Below are positions 45,138 to 54,195 of a stretch of DNA of 64,000 nucleotides, one piece after another. How positions within the stretch are numbered: position 1 is the first letter of the stretch; every line of letters begins with the position of its first letter. The notes beneath the pieces were generated by a model. The model did no database searches. It was not told where the DNA came from and saw nothing but the letters and a program-made list of their open reading frames with translations. A program made the translations under genes and the position numbers. The stretch is from an uncultured Bacilli bacterium (GTDB lineage Bacteria; Bacillota_I; Bacilli_A; RF39; UBA660), in NCBI GenBank assembly GCA_944359725.1, contig CALVSY010000007.1, positions 130 to 64,129 of the forward strand, given 5' to 3'.

Positions 45138-46139
45138 TTGAAAAAGATATTTTTATTAGTTTTATTGTTACTAATTGTCCCTTTAAAAATTAATGCCTAT
45201 AATTTAGGTGAGGCAGCAATATTAATGGAAGAAGATACAAAAAGAATACTTGTATCTAAAAACATGAATAAGAAAATGCTTATTGCATCAACAACCAAGA
45301 TAATGACCGGAATACTTGCAATCGAATCTGGTAAATTAAATAAAACCGTTACGGTAACAGATAAGGTATTAGAAAGCTATGGTTCAGCGATTTACTTAAG
45401 TATTGGAGAGAAAATGAAACTTAAAGACATGGTATACGGCCTTATGATGCAAAGTGGAAACGATGCGGCTTTAATGATCGCAGAATACTTGGGAGGAGAA
45501 GAAAAATTCGTTGAAAAAATGAATGAAAAAGCTAAAGAAATAGGTATTAAAAGTACTGTTTTTAAAAATCCCCACGGATTAGATGAAAAAAGTGAGAATT
45601 ATTCAACCGCATACGACATGGCGCTTTTAATGCGATATGCTTTATCGGATCCTACCTTTAGAAAGATAACAGGATGTAAAAAACACACCGTTAAAACAGA
45701 TGAAAAAACTTACGTTTGGTCAAATAAAAACAAACTTTTATACACGTATAAATACACCACTGGTGGAAAAACAGGTTACACCGATAAAGCAAGAAGAACG
45801 CTTGTTACATCAGCGTCTAAAGACGATATGAACCTTATTGTTGTAACTTTAAATGATCCAAATGATTTTAAAAACCATAAAGAACTTTATGAATACGGAT
45901 TTAATAATTATAGTATGGAAAAAGTATTTGACAAAGACAAAATTAAAATAAAGGGTAAAAAAGTATATGCTAAAGACGATTACTATTACCCAATTACAAA
46001 AGAAGAAAAAGAACTAATAAACATAGAATACAAAATAAAAGATCAGAAAACGTATAAAAAAGACGAAAAAATAGGAGAGGCCATAATAAAATTAGGTAAT
46101 AAAACTATTCATAAAGAAAAACTATACTCAAAAAAGTAA
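45138..46139 (+). CDS. D-alanyl-D-alanine carboxypeptidase (S11, PBP5 family)
   Basis: Signal peptide, SxxK (ASTTKIMT), SGN (QSGND) and KTG (GKTGYT) motifs. TTG start after AGGTGA. Confidence 0.8.
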   Translation: MKKIFLLVLLLLIVPLKINAYNLGEAAILMEEDTKRILVSKNMNKKMLIASTTKIMTGILAIESGKLNKTVTVTDKVLESYGSAIYLSIGEKMKLKDMVYGLMMQSGNDAALMIAEYLGGEEKFVEKMNEKAKEIGIKSTVFKNPHGLDEKSENYSTAYDMALLMRYALSDPTFRKITGCKKHTVKTDEKTYVWSNKNKLLYTYKYTTGGKTGYTDKARRTLVTSASKDDMNLIVVTLNDPNDFKNHKELYEYGFNNYSMEKVFDKDKIKIKGKKVYAKDDYYYPITKEEKELINIEYKIKDQKTYKKDEKIGEAIIKLGNKTIHKEKLYSKK

Positions 46140-46163
46140 AGTGTAAAAGAAAAATATATAAAC

Positions 46164-46192
46164 TTGACTATAACCATTTAAAAGTTTACAAT
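46164..46192 (+). promoter_or_regulatory. Putative sigmaA promoter of rny
   Basis: TTGACT, 17-nt spacer, TACAAT. Confidence 0.45.
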
Positions 46193-46238
46193 AGAAGTGT
46201 ATAAGTATAAAGATTATACAAGTTTATGGAGGTAAAAA

Positions 46239-47792
46239 ATGGGAAATGTACTTATTTCTGTTTTACTTCTAATAATTGGATTATTTGTTGGTGCGATAAT
46301 CGCTTTGATTATTACGCATTTAAGAAAAAAAAGTGAGGAACATAAAGCTTCAAGCATAATAGAAAAAGCTAAAAAAGAAGCAGAAAAGCAAAAAAGAGAT
46401 GCTCTACTTGAAGCTAAAGAAGAGTCCTACAAATTAAAACTTGAAACTGATAAAGAAATAAAGGAAAAGAAAAAGGAGTTAAAGGAAAACGAAGAACGTT
46501 TACTTCAACGTGAAAGTAGTATAGATAGACGTGATGGCCTACTTCAAAACCGTGAGCAAATGCTAGATGAAAAAGAAAACGGTATTATTCAAAAACAAAA
46601 AAATATTCAAAAATTAGAAGAAAAAGCAGAAAATATAATTAAGGAACAAATAGAAAAATTAGAAAAAATTTCTGGTTTTTCAAAGAAAAAAGCAAAAGAA
46701 GAAATAATGAAGCAAGTTGAAATTTCAATGTCAAAAGAAATTTCTGAATTCATTAAAGAAAGACAGCAAGAAGCTAAATTAGAAGTAGATAAAAAAGCTA
46801 AAAGCATGCTTGTTGAGGCAATGCAAAAATATTCATCAGACGTAACTAACGAACAAACAGTTAGTGTCGTAACACTACCAAACGACGACATGAAAGGTAG
46901 AATAATAGGTAGAGAAGGAAGAAACATAAGAACGATTGAAGCGGTAACTGGTGTTGATTTGATAATTGATGATACACCTGAGGCAATTGTTTTATCAAGT
47001 TTTGATCCTTTAAGAAGAGAAATAGCTAGACAAACGATTGAAGATTTAATAAAAGACGGAAGAATTCATCCCGCAAGAATCGAAGAAATATATGATAAAG
47101 TTTGTAAGGATATGAACGTAAAAATAAGAGAATATGGTGAAGAAGCAATGTTTGATTTAGGAATTACTAAACTAGATCCTGAGCTTGTAACCATAATAGG
47201 TAAGTTAAACTTTAGAACTAGCTATGGACAAAACGCACTTAGGCATTCAAAAGAAGTTGCACATTTAGCTGGTATATTAGCAGGCGAGCTAGGTGAGAAC
47301 GTAGCCCTTGCAAAAAGAGCAGGTTTGCTTCATGATATAGGAAAAGCAATAGACTTTGAAACCGAAGGATCACACGTTGAAATAGGAGCTGATCTTGCTA
47401 AAAAATATGGCGAGGACGAAGTTGTTATAAACGCAATAGAATCCCATCATGGAGATAAAGAACCAACTAGCGTTATTTCGGTTTTAGTTGCAATAGCAGA
47501 TAGTCTATCAGCTGCAAGACCAGGAGCTAGAAATGATTCTTTAGAAAACTACGTTAAACGTCTAGAACAATTAGAATCAATTGCAATGGACTTTGATGGT
47601 GTTGAAAAAGCTTACGCAATGCAAGCTGGAAGAGAGTTAAGAGTAATCGTTAAGCCTGATGAAATAGACGAACTTGGAAGCTACAAAACAGCACGAGACA
47701 TCAAAGACAGAATAGAAAAAGAAATGCAATATCCTGGTACTGTGAAAGTAACCGTAGTAAGAGAAACAAGAGCAACAGAAGAAGCTAAATAA
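46239..47792 (+). CDS. rny: Ribonuclease Y
   Basis: N-terminal TM helix, coiled coil, KH ([12 protein letters not shown]) and HD (LLHDIGKA) domains. Confidence 0.95.
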   Translation: MGNVLISVLLLIIGLFVGAIIALIITHLRKKSEEHKASSIIEKAKKEAEKQKRDALLEAKEESYKLKLETDKEIKEKKKELKENEERLLQRESSIDRRDGLLQNREQMLDEKENGIIQKQKNIQKLEEKAENIIKEQIEKLEKISGFSKKKAKEEIMKQVEISMSKEISEFIKERQQEAKLEVDKKAKSMLVEAMQKYSSDVTNEQTVSVVTLPNDDMKGRIIGREGRNIRTIEAVTGVDLIIDDTPEAIVLSSFDPLRREIARQTIEDLIKDGRIHPARIEEIYDKVCKDMNVKIREYGEEAMFDLGITKLDPELVTIIGKLNFRTSYGQNALRHSKEVAHLAGILAGELGENVALAKRAGLLHDIGKAIDFETEGSHVEIGADLAKKYGEDEVVINAIESHHGDKEPTSVISVLVAIADSLSAARPGARNDSLENYVKRLEQLESIAMDFDGVEKAYAMQAGRELRVIVKPDEIDELGSYKTARDIKDRIEKEMQYPGTVKVTVVRETRATEEAK

Positions 47793-47843
47793 AAGCTTCT
47801 TTTTTTAATTTATAACTCATAAGATTTAACAGGGAGGGTATGC

Positions 47844-48779
47844 ATGAAAAACATAATTGCGTATTATTACAACTTGCATCCAGAAGAACTTTCAAACGTT
47901 AATAATAACTACTTTTTTAATTATCAAGATAATAATTATGTTTTTCAAGTATTTGAAAGACCAATTACCGATATTGATGCACTATACAAAGTAAACAAAG
48001 AAATGATTGCAAAAAATATATTGGTTCATGAAATAATTGAAAATGGTGAAAAAAACGTAATAACGTACGTAAATCAAACACCATACATCCTAATGCAAAC
48101 ATACGTTAATCCAAACGTAAAAGTATCACTTCCAGAAGTTTGTTACATAAATAACAATACAGTAAATATACAGTGTGACAAAATAATAAACAGACAAGAC
48201 TGGATATCATTATGGGAGGCTAAAAACGATTATTTTGAAGCACAGGTAAATGAAATAGGAAAAAAGTATCCATATTTATGTACTTGTGCAAATTATTATA
48301 TAGGGCTTGCAGAAAACGCAATAACATACGTAAGAGATGCAATTAGCGTGCAAGATGCAGCTTTCTTAAGTATATGTCATAAAAGAATAAGAAAAGATGA
48401 TACGTTATTATCACTTTATAACCCAGTAAATTACATTCAGGACTACCGGGTAAGAGACGCATCAGAATATATAAAAACGGTGTTTTTTTACGATGATAGT
48501 AAAACGGCATATGATAAAACGATAGAGTATTTTAATAACAATTATTTAACGTATAAAGAAGCTTTACTTTTTTATGGAAGATTACTTTATCCATCATATT
48601 TTTTTGACGTTCATGATGATATTGTAAACAATAATTTAAAAGAAACAGAAATTGAAAAAATAATAATTAAAGCAGACGAATACGAAAAGTTTTTACTTGA
48701 TGTATATTTATACATATCTAGGTTATATAATAAATATATACCAAGCATTGATTGGATAATAAAAAGAAGCTTTTCTTAG
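47844..48779 (+). CDS. CotS/YutH-like spore-coat-associated kinase-fold protein
   Basis: 311 aa. The N-terminus IIAYYYNLHPEEL is in the style of the CotS/YutH family. It converges with an nfu/yutI-like gene, as yutH-yutI do in B. subtilis. Weak, from memory. Confidence 0.4.
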   Translation: MKNIIAYYYNLHPEELSNVNNNYFFNYQDNNYVFQVFERPITDIDALYKVNKEMIAKNILVHEIIENGEKNVITYVNQTPYILMQTYVNPNVKVSLPEVCYINNNTVNIQCDKIINRQDWISLWEAKNDYFEAQVNEIGKKYPYLCTCANYYIGLAENAITYVRDAISVQDAAFLSICHKRIRKDDTLLSLYNPVNYIQDYRVRDASEYIKTVFFYDDSKTAYDKTIEYFNNNYLTYKEALLFYGRLLYPSYFFDVHDDIVNNNLKETEIEKIIIKADEYEKFLLDVYLYISRLYNKYIPSIDWIIKRSFS

Positions 48780-49015
48780 GCTTCTTCATCTTCATTTACT
48801 ACTTTTATAACTTCCGGTACTTCACTTATTAATATATCTTCAATGGTATTACTAATCGTCATATCCGCAAACATGCATCCTTTACATGCGCCTGTTAAGT
48901 TTACGTAACAAATACCATCTTCAAACTTGATAAACTTAACATCACCACCGTCTTGATTTAAAAATGGTTTAATTTTATCAAGCGTGTTTTTTATTCTTTC
49001 ATCAACGTCGTTCAT
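48776..49015 (-). CDS. NifU C-terminal-domain (Nfu-type) Fe-S scaffold protein
   Basis: IKPFLNQDGGDVKFIKFEDGICYVNLTGACKGCMFADMT with the CxxC motif. Confidence 0.8.
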   Translation of the reverse strand: MNDVDERIKNTLDKIKPFLNQDGGDVKFIKFEDGICYVNLTGACKGCMFADMTISNTIEDILISEVPEVIKVVNEDEEA

Positions 49016-49116
49016 CTTTCTTCACCCACTAAATTATACCTCATTGATGCGTAAAATGTAAAGTGGTTTGTCATAATACTTTCTTTTGTGTTATAATAAT
49101 TTTTAGAGGTGTAGCT

Positions 49117-49476
49117 ATGGATAAATATAAGAAAGGAGACGTTGTTAAAGCTAGGATAACAGCAATAGAAAAATATGGTGCGTTTGCATCGCTTGACGAT
49201 GAATATAGTGGGCTCATACACATTTCCGAGATAACCGATAAATTTGTAAAAAACATAACTGACTTTGTTGAAATTGGCGATATCATAAACGTAAAAGTGT
49301 TAGATGCGTCAAAAAATAAAAATCAATTAAAATTATCTGCAAAAGAGGTAAATGGTGATTTATATAAAAATAAAAAATCTCATATTAAAGAGACCGTGTT
49401 TGGTTTTTATCTTCTAAAATCAGCTTTACCTAACTGGATAAGAGAAAAAATGGAAGAGATTAACAAAAAAAGTTAA
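49117..49476 (+). CDS. S1 RNA-binding-domain protein (YugI/GSP13-like)
   Basis: GDVVKARITAIEKYGAFASLDDEYSGLIHISEI...GDIINVKVL. ATG 49117 after AGAGGTG. Confidence 0.75.
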   Translation: MDKYKKGDVVKARITAIEKYGAFASLDDEYSGLIHISEITDKFVKNITDFVEIGDIINVKVLDASKNKNQLKLSAKEVNGDLYKNKKSHIKETVFGFYLLKSALPNWIREKMEEINKKS

Positions 49477-49483
49477 AACTTAC

Positions 49484-49512
49484 TTGACATTATCTTAAAA
49501 TACTGATATATT
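49484..49512 (+). promoter_or_regulatory. Putative sigmaA promoter of the six-tRNA operon
   Basis: TTGACA, 17-nt spacer, TGaTATATT. Confidence 0.5.
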
Positions 49513-49536
49513 TATATACGTTCTGACGCATAATAT

Positions 49537-49613
49537 GGATGCTTAGCTCAGTTGGTTAGAGCACTTGCCTTACAAGCAAGGGGTCATAGGTTCGAGTCCT
49601 ATAGCGTCCACCA
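49537..49613 (+). tRNA. tRNA-Val (anticodon TAC)
   Basis: Cloverleaf GGATGCT..GCTC AGTTGGTTA GAGC..CTTGC CTTACAA GCAAG..ATAGG TTCGAGT CCTAT AGCGTCC A CCA. Confidence 0.9.
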
Positions 49614-49621
49614 TTTGATAT

Positions 49622-49697
<76 letters not shown>

Positions 49698-49701
49698 TAA
49701 C

Positions 49702-49785
49702 GGGGAGGTAGCGAAGTGGTTAAACGCGGCAGACTGTAAATCTGTTCCTTCGGGTTCAATGGTTCGAATCCATTTCTCCCCACCA
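49702..49785 (+). tRNA. tRNA-Tyr (anticodon GTA), long variable arm
   Basis: GGGGAGG...GCAGA CTGTAAA TCTGT + variable arm TCCTTCGGGTTC...AATGG TTCGAAT CCATT TCTCCCC A CCA. Confidence 0.9.
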
Positions 49786-49794
49786 CTTAAGAAT

Positions 49795-49869
49795 TGCCTC
49801 GTCGCCAAGTGGTAAGGCATCAGACTTTGACTCTGACATGCGCAAGTTCGAATCTTGCCGAGGCAACCA
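49795..49869 (+). tRNA. tRNA-Gln (anticodon TTG)
   Basis: TGCCTCG...TCAGA CTTTGAC TCTGA...GCAAG TTCGAAT CTTGC CGAGGCA A CCA. Confidence 0.9.
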
Positions 49870-49884
49870 CTTATTTAGTAGTAT

Positions 49885-49960
49885 GTCCTGTTAGCTCAGT
49901 CGGTAGAGCATCTGACTTTTAATCAGAGGGTCATGCGTTCAAGTCGCATACAGGACACCA
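49885..49960 (+). tRNA. tRNA-Lys (anticodon TTT)
   Basis: GTCCTGT...TCTGA CTTTTAA TCAGA...ATGCG TTCAAGT CGCAT ACAGGAC A CCA. Confidence 0.9.
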
Positions 49961-49962
49961 TT

Positions 49963-50051
49963 GCCCGAGTGGCGGAATTGGTAGACGCACAGGACTTAAA
50001 ATCCTGCGAGATTTAACCCTCGTACCGGTTCAAGTCCGGTCTCGGGCACCA
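49963..50051 (+). tRNA. tRNA-Leu (anticodon TAA), long variable arm
   Basis: GCCCGAG...CAGGA CTTAAAA TCCTG + variable arm...CCGG TTCAAGT CCGG TCTCGGGC A CCA. Confidence 0.9.
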
Positions 50052-50061
50052 CTTTAAAAAT

Positions 50062-50092
50062 AACTAACCTAACAAACGGGTTAGTTTTTTTT
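50062..50092 (+). terminator. Terminator of the tRNA operon
   Basis: AACTAACC / GGTTAGTT stem plus a T8 run. Confidence 0.65.
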
Positions 50093-50158
50093 GTTACATA
50101 AAAGACAAATATTTTAATAAAACTTAATTAAAGTTACATAGTATTTTTATATTTCACG

Positions 50159-50188
50159 TTTATACTTAAAGTAGAAAGTGAGGTGAAG
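50159..50188 (+). repeat. 30-nt leader/SD repeat, copy A (no gene behind it)
   Basis: TTTATACTTAAAGTAGAAAGTGAGGTGAAG matches 27/30 with 50309-50338. Confidence 0.5.
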
Positions 50189-50308
50189 CTATTAATAAAT
50201 TTACTTTAAACTATTCTTAATACCACATTCATAATATACTTTTTTGTTGATTATCTATCCTTTTTAATAAACTTTAATAAAAATAACACAATTATTTAAT
50301 AAAAAAAT

Positions 50309-50338
50309 TTTATACTTAAAATAGGAAGAGAGGTGAAG
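50309..50338 (+). repeat. 30-nt leader/SD repeat, copy B (in front of the thioredoxin-like ORF)
   Basis: TTTATACTTAAAATAGGAAGAGAGGTGAAG. Confidence 0.5.
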
Positions 50339-50349
50339 GATATACGAAG

Positions 50350-50574
50350 ATAAAAATAATAGGTTCAAATTGTAGTAACGGAATAAAATTAAGAAAAATG
50401 GTGGAAAGGGCTACTGAAGAAATTGATACTCCAGTAGAAATTGAACTAGAAGAGAAAAATAAAAGCATAAAAAACATACCAGCACTTGTTATAAATGGTA
50501 ATTTAATAAGCGAAGGTAAGGTTTTGACAGTAAGAGAAATTACAAAATTCATTAAAAGTGAAGTAAATTGTTAA
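50350..50574 (+). pseudogene. Thioredoxin-fold 'redox-active disulfide protein 2'-like ORF lacking a canonical start and the second Cys
   Basis: Reading from ATA 50350 gives IKIIGSNCSNGIKLRKMVERATEEIDTPVEIELEEKNKSIKNIPALVINGNLISEGKVLTVREITKFIKSEVNC. The family normally begins MKI.VLG.GC..C. There is no ATG/GTG/TTG between the upstream in-frame TAA and the ATG at 50398. CxxC is replaced by CSNG. Confidence 0.4.
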
Positions 50575-50680
50575 ATATAGATGAAAAATATATGAAAGGG
50601 TGATTTATATGATGGCTGATTTAAAGGAATGTTAAACGAAATTAGCATTCTAAGTGGTCAGCGATAAACATATTTCACTA

Positions 50681-50706
50681 ACAGGTACAAATAGGTGCCT
50701 GTTTTT
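50681..50706 (+). terminator. Intrinsic terminator
   Basis: ACAGGTAC / GTGCCTGT (one G-U pair) plus a T-run. Confidence 0.5.
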
Positions 50707-50721
50707 GTTGTGTAAAACATG

Positions 50722-50750
50722 TTGACAAATAAAAAATGCAGTGCTATAAT
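50722..50750 (+). promoter_or_regulatory. Consensus sigmaA promoter of the tRNA-Ser/tRNA-fMet operon
   Basis: TTGACA, 17-nt spacer, TGcTATAAT (perfect -35, -10 and extended -10). Confidence 0.65.
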
Positions 50751-50764
50751 TTTAATGCTGTCTG

Positions 50765-50799
50765 GTTGTTATATGTTTTTTAAAAACGCATATAATAAC
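50765..50799 (+). other. Long hairpin in the tRNA operon leader
   Basis: GTTGTTATATG (50765-50775) pairs with CATATAATAAC (50789-50799), 11 bp with one G-U, and with T/A pairing inside. Confidence 0.4.
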
Positions 50800-50816
50800 T
50801 TTAGAATAAGTCAAAC

Positions 50817-50909
50817 GGAGGAATACCCAAGTCTGGTTGAAGGGACCGGTCTTGAAAACCGGGAGGTCGGGTAACCGGCGCGGGGGTTCGAATCCCTCTT
50901 CCTCCGCCA
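50817..50909 (+). tRNA. tRNA-Ser (anticodon TGA), long variable arm
   Basis: GGAGGAA...CCGGT CTTGAAA ACCGG + variable arm GAGGTCGGGTAACCGGCGC...GGGGG TTCGAAT CCCTC TTCCTCC G CCA. Confidence 0.9.
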
Positions 50910-50946
50910 CTAATAAAATTATTAGGCAGTTATATAAAAACTATAT

Positions 50947-51023
<77 letters not shown>

Positions 51024-51032
51024 TTGATTATT

Positions 51033-51059
51033 ACACTTAGTTATCTAAGTGTTTTTTTT
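51033..51059 (+). terminator. Terminator after tRNA-fMet
   Basis: ACACTTAG / CTAAGTGT stem plus a T-run. Confidence 0.6.
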
Positions 51060-51110
51060 ATTTTCATTTCCCGCGCCTTACCCGAATATATTAAACTAAG
51101 AGGCGATTTA

Positions 51111-51563
51111 ATGATAAAAAGGTGCATTTATGCAAAAGAAAACTTTAATATAGTAAAAGTTAAATTAGAAATAAATGAGAAAATATTAAATAAGTTATTA
51201 TGTGAAATAAATGAATTTTATAAAACAAGAGTCGAATCAGACGAAAATACTAATAAAAAAGAATATGAAGAGAATTTATACACTATTTTAAATGATATTT
51301 TAAATTGCAAAAATAATTTAAAATTAAGTTATTTAGTATGTAACTTGTTAAATTATAAGTGTGCGATAGAAGAAGAAAAGAAATTTTTGAACCAGAGTTT
51401 ATTATGTTTTCATTTTTCTTTAGTAAAAAATTCGTTAGACCTTAAGCAAATGATTTTAAATTGGGATTATAAAACAGATTTAAATATTGCTGATCCTTAT
51501 TATGTTGATGAAAATACCTTTTCTAAAAACATTGATAATCTTCCTTTTATAAAAACAAAATAA
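51111..51563 (+). CDS. Hypothetical protein (150 aa)
   Basis: ATG 51111 lies after AAGAGG. The track start at 51024 would run through the tRNA terminator. Confidence 0.45.
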   Translation: MIKRCIYAKENFNIVKVKLEINEKILNKLLCEINEFYKTRVESDENTNKKEYEENLYTILNDILNCKNNLKLSYLVCNLLNYKCAIEEEKKFLNQSLLCFHFSLVKNSLDLKQMILNWDYKTDLNIADPYYVDENTFSKNIDNLPFIKTK

Positions 51564-51620
51564 ACTTATTTAATTGAATATAATGCTTATTTTATCGCCA
51601 TAATAAAACTGGTGATAAAT

Positions 51621-53111
51621 ATGAAAAAAAGCTTGTGGCAAAAATATAATAAGCAAAGAAAATTTCCTTTGGTAGATAAAAGCATGAGCGCAGACATTTT
51701 AATTATAGGGGCCGGAATAACAGGAGTTTCTGTAGCTTATAACCTTTTAAATACTAATCACGACGTTATTTTAATTGATAAAGATATTTGCTTCAATGAT
51801 GCCACTGCTAAAACAACCGGCAAAATAACGTACTTACAAGACCTTAAATATCAAGACATATACAAAACTTGCGGATATGAAAAAGCAAAATTATATTACG
51901 AGTCACAAAAAGATGCTATTAGATTAATTAAGAAAAACATAAAAGATAACGAAATAGATTGTGATTTAGAAAAAACAGAAATGGTTACTTTTACAAAAGA
52001 TGAAAGCAAAATAAAAGATTTTGAATCAGAAAAAGAGCTACTTTCTTCTTTTGGCGTTAAATATAGCACAACCTCAAATTTAAAAGATGATAATGTAGTA
52101 AGGCAGATATCAGTTAAAAACGCATACACCTTTAACCCAATTAAATATTTAAACGGACTTATGGATAAAATAAAAGATGCGAAAAACATTAGTGTATATG
52201 AAAACAGTATCGCAACTAAAATAAAAAAAGAAAAATCAAAATACGTAACAATTGTAAATGGCTATGAGATTCGTACAAATAAAATCGTTTTAGCTTGCAG
52301 TTATCCATTTTTTACTTTGCCGGGCTTAATACCACTTAAAACCTACTTAGAAAAATCATACGTTAGTTACGCAAAAATAAAAGATGCAAAAAACATAGCA
52401 GGCATAACAAGTGGAAGTCCTTTTTATTCTTTTAGATACTATGACGATGGTAAAGATAAATACATTATTTATTTAAATAATTCTTGCAAGATAAGTGATA
52501 AATTAAACTATAAGAAAAACTATAATGATTGCAAGGACGAAATGAAAAGTTTAGATAGTAATTTAAAGGTAGAGTATTGGACTAATATGGACGTGATGAC
52601 CAATGATTATTTGCCACTTGTTGGAAAAATATCAGATGATGATAAAAACGTTTTAATTGCAACTGGTTACAACACTTGGGGAATGACCAACTCTGCTATT
52701 TCTGCCAAATTAATATCAGACATAATAATAGGCAAGAAAAACAAATATAAGGAACTATTTAATCCGAGTCGTCCAGTTACTTTTAAAAGAGCATTAAATT
52801 TCGTTAACAATACTTTTTTTGGAGCATTAAAAGCTTACACTTTAAACTTAATTAAGAAAAACCCGTCTTGGTATAAAAATAAAGCATTAGTAACAAAAAT
52901 AGATGGTAAAAGAGTAGGAGTATACATTGACTCAAAAGGAGAAAAACACATTGTTTCAAATATTTGTCCACACTTAAAATGTTTTCTTACCTTTAATGAA
53001 GTCGATAAGACCTGGGATTGCCCTTGCCATGGATCCAGGTTCGACGTGGATGGAAATGTTGTTAAAGGACCTAGCTGTTATAATATAAAAATAGATGAAT
53101 CTAAATCTTAA
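51621..53111 (+). CDS. FAD-dependent oxidoreductase fused to a C-terminal Rieske [2Fe-2S] domain (YhfW-like)
   Basis: N-terminal dinucleotide fold ILIIGAGITGVSVAY. C-terminal Rieske motifs CPHLKC...CPCHGSRF. Confidence 0.7.
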   Translation: MKKSLWQKYNKQRKFPLVDKSMSADILIIGAGITGVSVAYNLLNTNHDVILIDKDICFNDATAKTTGKITYLQDLKYQDIYKTCGYEKAKLYYESQKDAIRLIKKNIKDNEIDCDLEKTEMVTFTKDESKIKDFESEKELLSSFGVKYSTTSNLKDDNVVRQISVKNAYTFNPIKYLNGLMDKIKDAKNISVYENSIATKIKKEKSKYVTIVNGYEIRTNKIVLACSYPFFTLPGLIPLKTYLEKSYVSYAKIKDAKNIAGITSGSPFYSFRYYDDGKDKYIIYLNNSCKISDKLNYKKNYNDCKDEMKSLDSNLKVEYWTNMDVMTNDYLPLVGKISDDDKNVLIATGYNTWGMTNSAISAKLISDIIIGKKNKYKELFNPSRPVTFKRALNFVNNTFFGALKAYTLNLIKKNPSWYKNKALVTKIDGKRVGVYIDSKGEKHIVSNICPHLKCFLTFNEVDKTWDCPCHGSRFDVDGNVVKGPSCYNIKIDESKS

Positions 53112-53817
53112 TTTTAGTTTCATCTATTGTATCTATTAAAAAATCCTTATCGGAATATGTTTTTTCTAAAGAAAATGCATGGCACAAGTCTATTTGAGTC
53201 TTATCAGTAAGTATTCCAAAATTATTTTTATAAACATTATTTCTTACCATATAAAAATCACAATTATTTATTATAGAGAAGGTAAGCAAATTAAACAAAT
53301 AAACATCAAGGCCCTTATTAACACCAAATTTTTCTAAATATTCCAAAGTGTAATCATTGGCATTTTTGGGATTAATACTGCTTCCTTTATATGATGAATT
53401 ATCAAAATCGATTATGAAAGAATTATTATCATTACACATTATGTTGGAACCAATTAAATCACCATGAATTAATCCATAAGAATGCATTTTAATAATCAGC
53501 TTTTTTGCTTTCTTTAATTTATTTATTAAGCTTTTGTCAGCTTTAATTATATCTTTACCATCACAATATTCTGTTAGGTAAGCGCTTTTTCTTTCGTTTT
53601 TTCTAACCCAAAACTTTGGAGTTAATAAAAAAGGCTCATCAATATTACTTATTTTAGATAACTTTCTTCTTTTACCATTTAAATACTTATTATTAACAAA
53701 TTCTTTATAAGCATAAACTTTGTTATCAAAGTAACACCTATTAACAGTGCTAAATGAACCGAAATTAGTTGTTTTAGTAGGATCAAATGACAACTCTTCA
53801 AAATCAATAGTTTCCAA
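53101..53817 (-). CDS. Minimal protein-kinase-like fold protein
   Basis: G-loop-like NFGSFSTV, Lys motif VYAYKEF, catalytic HGDLIGSNIM and DFD (DFG-like). Its 3' end overlaps the convergent gene by 11 nt. Confidence 0.5.
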   Translation of the reverse strand: METIDFEELSFDPTKTTNFGSFSTVNRCYFDNKVYAYKEFVNNKYLNGKRRKLSKISNIDEPFLLTPKFWVRKNERKSAYLTEYCDGKDIIKADKSLINKLKKAKKLIIKMHSYGLIHGDLIGSNIMCNDNNSFIIDFDNSSYKGSSINPKNANDYTLEYLEKFGVNKGLDVYLFNLLTFSIINNCDFYMVRNNVYKNNFGILTDKTQIDLCHAFSLEKTYSDKDFLIDTIDETKIKI

Positions 53818-53898
53818 AATAACACCTTCTTTAATTAATATGTTTGATATTTTAACATAAAATATAATTAAGTAAAGAAAAAATTAATAAAAAAGTTG

Positions 53899-53927
53899 TT
53901 GACAAAGATATTTAATTAATATATAAT
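53899..53927 (+). promoter_or_regulatory. Putative sigmaA promoter of tRNA-Asn
   Basis: TTGACA, 17-nt spacer, TATAAT. Confidence 0.6.
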
Positions 53928-53952
53928 TTGTTTGTACCTCAAAAAGAGTTAT

Positions 53953-54028
53953 GCTTCAATAGCTCAGTTGGTAGAGCATCCGGCTGTTAACCGGCAGGTC
54001 GTAGGTTCGAGTCCTACTTGAAGCGCCA
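53953..54028 (+). tRNA. tRNA-Asn (anticodon GTT)
   Basis: GCTTCAA...CCGGC TGTTAAC CGG...GTAGG TTCGAGT CCTAC TTGAAGC G CCA. Confidence 0.9.
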
Positions 54029-54038
54029 TTTAAATATT

Positions 54039-54065
54039 AAAGTAGCAGAAATGTTACTTTTTTTC
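54039..54065 (+). terminator. Terminator after tRNA-Asn
   Basis: AAAGTAGCA / TGTTACTTT (one G-U pair) plus a T-run. Confidence 0.55.
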
Positions 54066-54155
54066 TTTATATGCCGTTAACAGCTTTTTTAGGATGCGTA
54101 TTTAATCTTAATTAAACCAAAAGTTGTAAAATCAAGCATAAAATTAAACAAAATG

Positions 54156-54183
54156 TTGTAAAATAAAATAAATATGATATAAT
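54156..54183 (+). promoter_or_regulatory. Putative sigmaA promoter of the T-box operon
   Basis: TTGTAA, 16-nt spacer, TGaTATAAT. Confidence 0.5.
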
Positions 54184-54195
54184 TTAAATATATTT

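Noticed and set aside
50609-50635. 8-codon ORF (MMADLKEC) with SD AAAGGGTGA downstream of the thioredoxin-like ORF
   Set aside because: It is too short to evaluate. It is probably residual sequence of a decayed downstream gene rather than a leader peptide, because a terminator and a tRNA promoter follow rather than a regulated gene.
54123-54165. Direct repeat GTTGTAAAAT (54123 and 54155) upstream of the T-box promoter
   Set aside because: It is short (10 nt) and AT-rich. The second copy simply contains the -35 (TTGTAA), and the match is compatible with chance at this composition.
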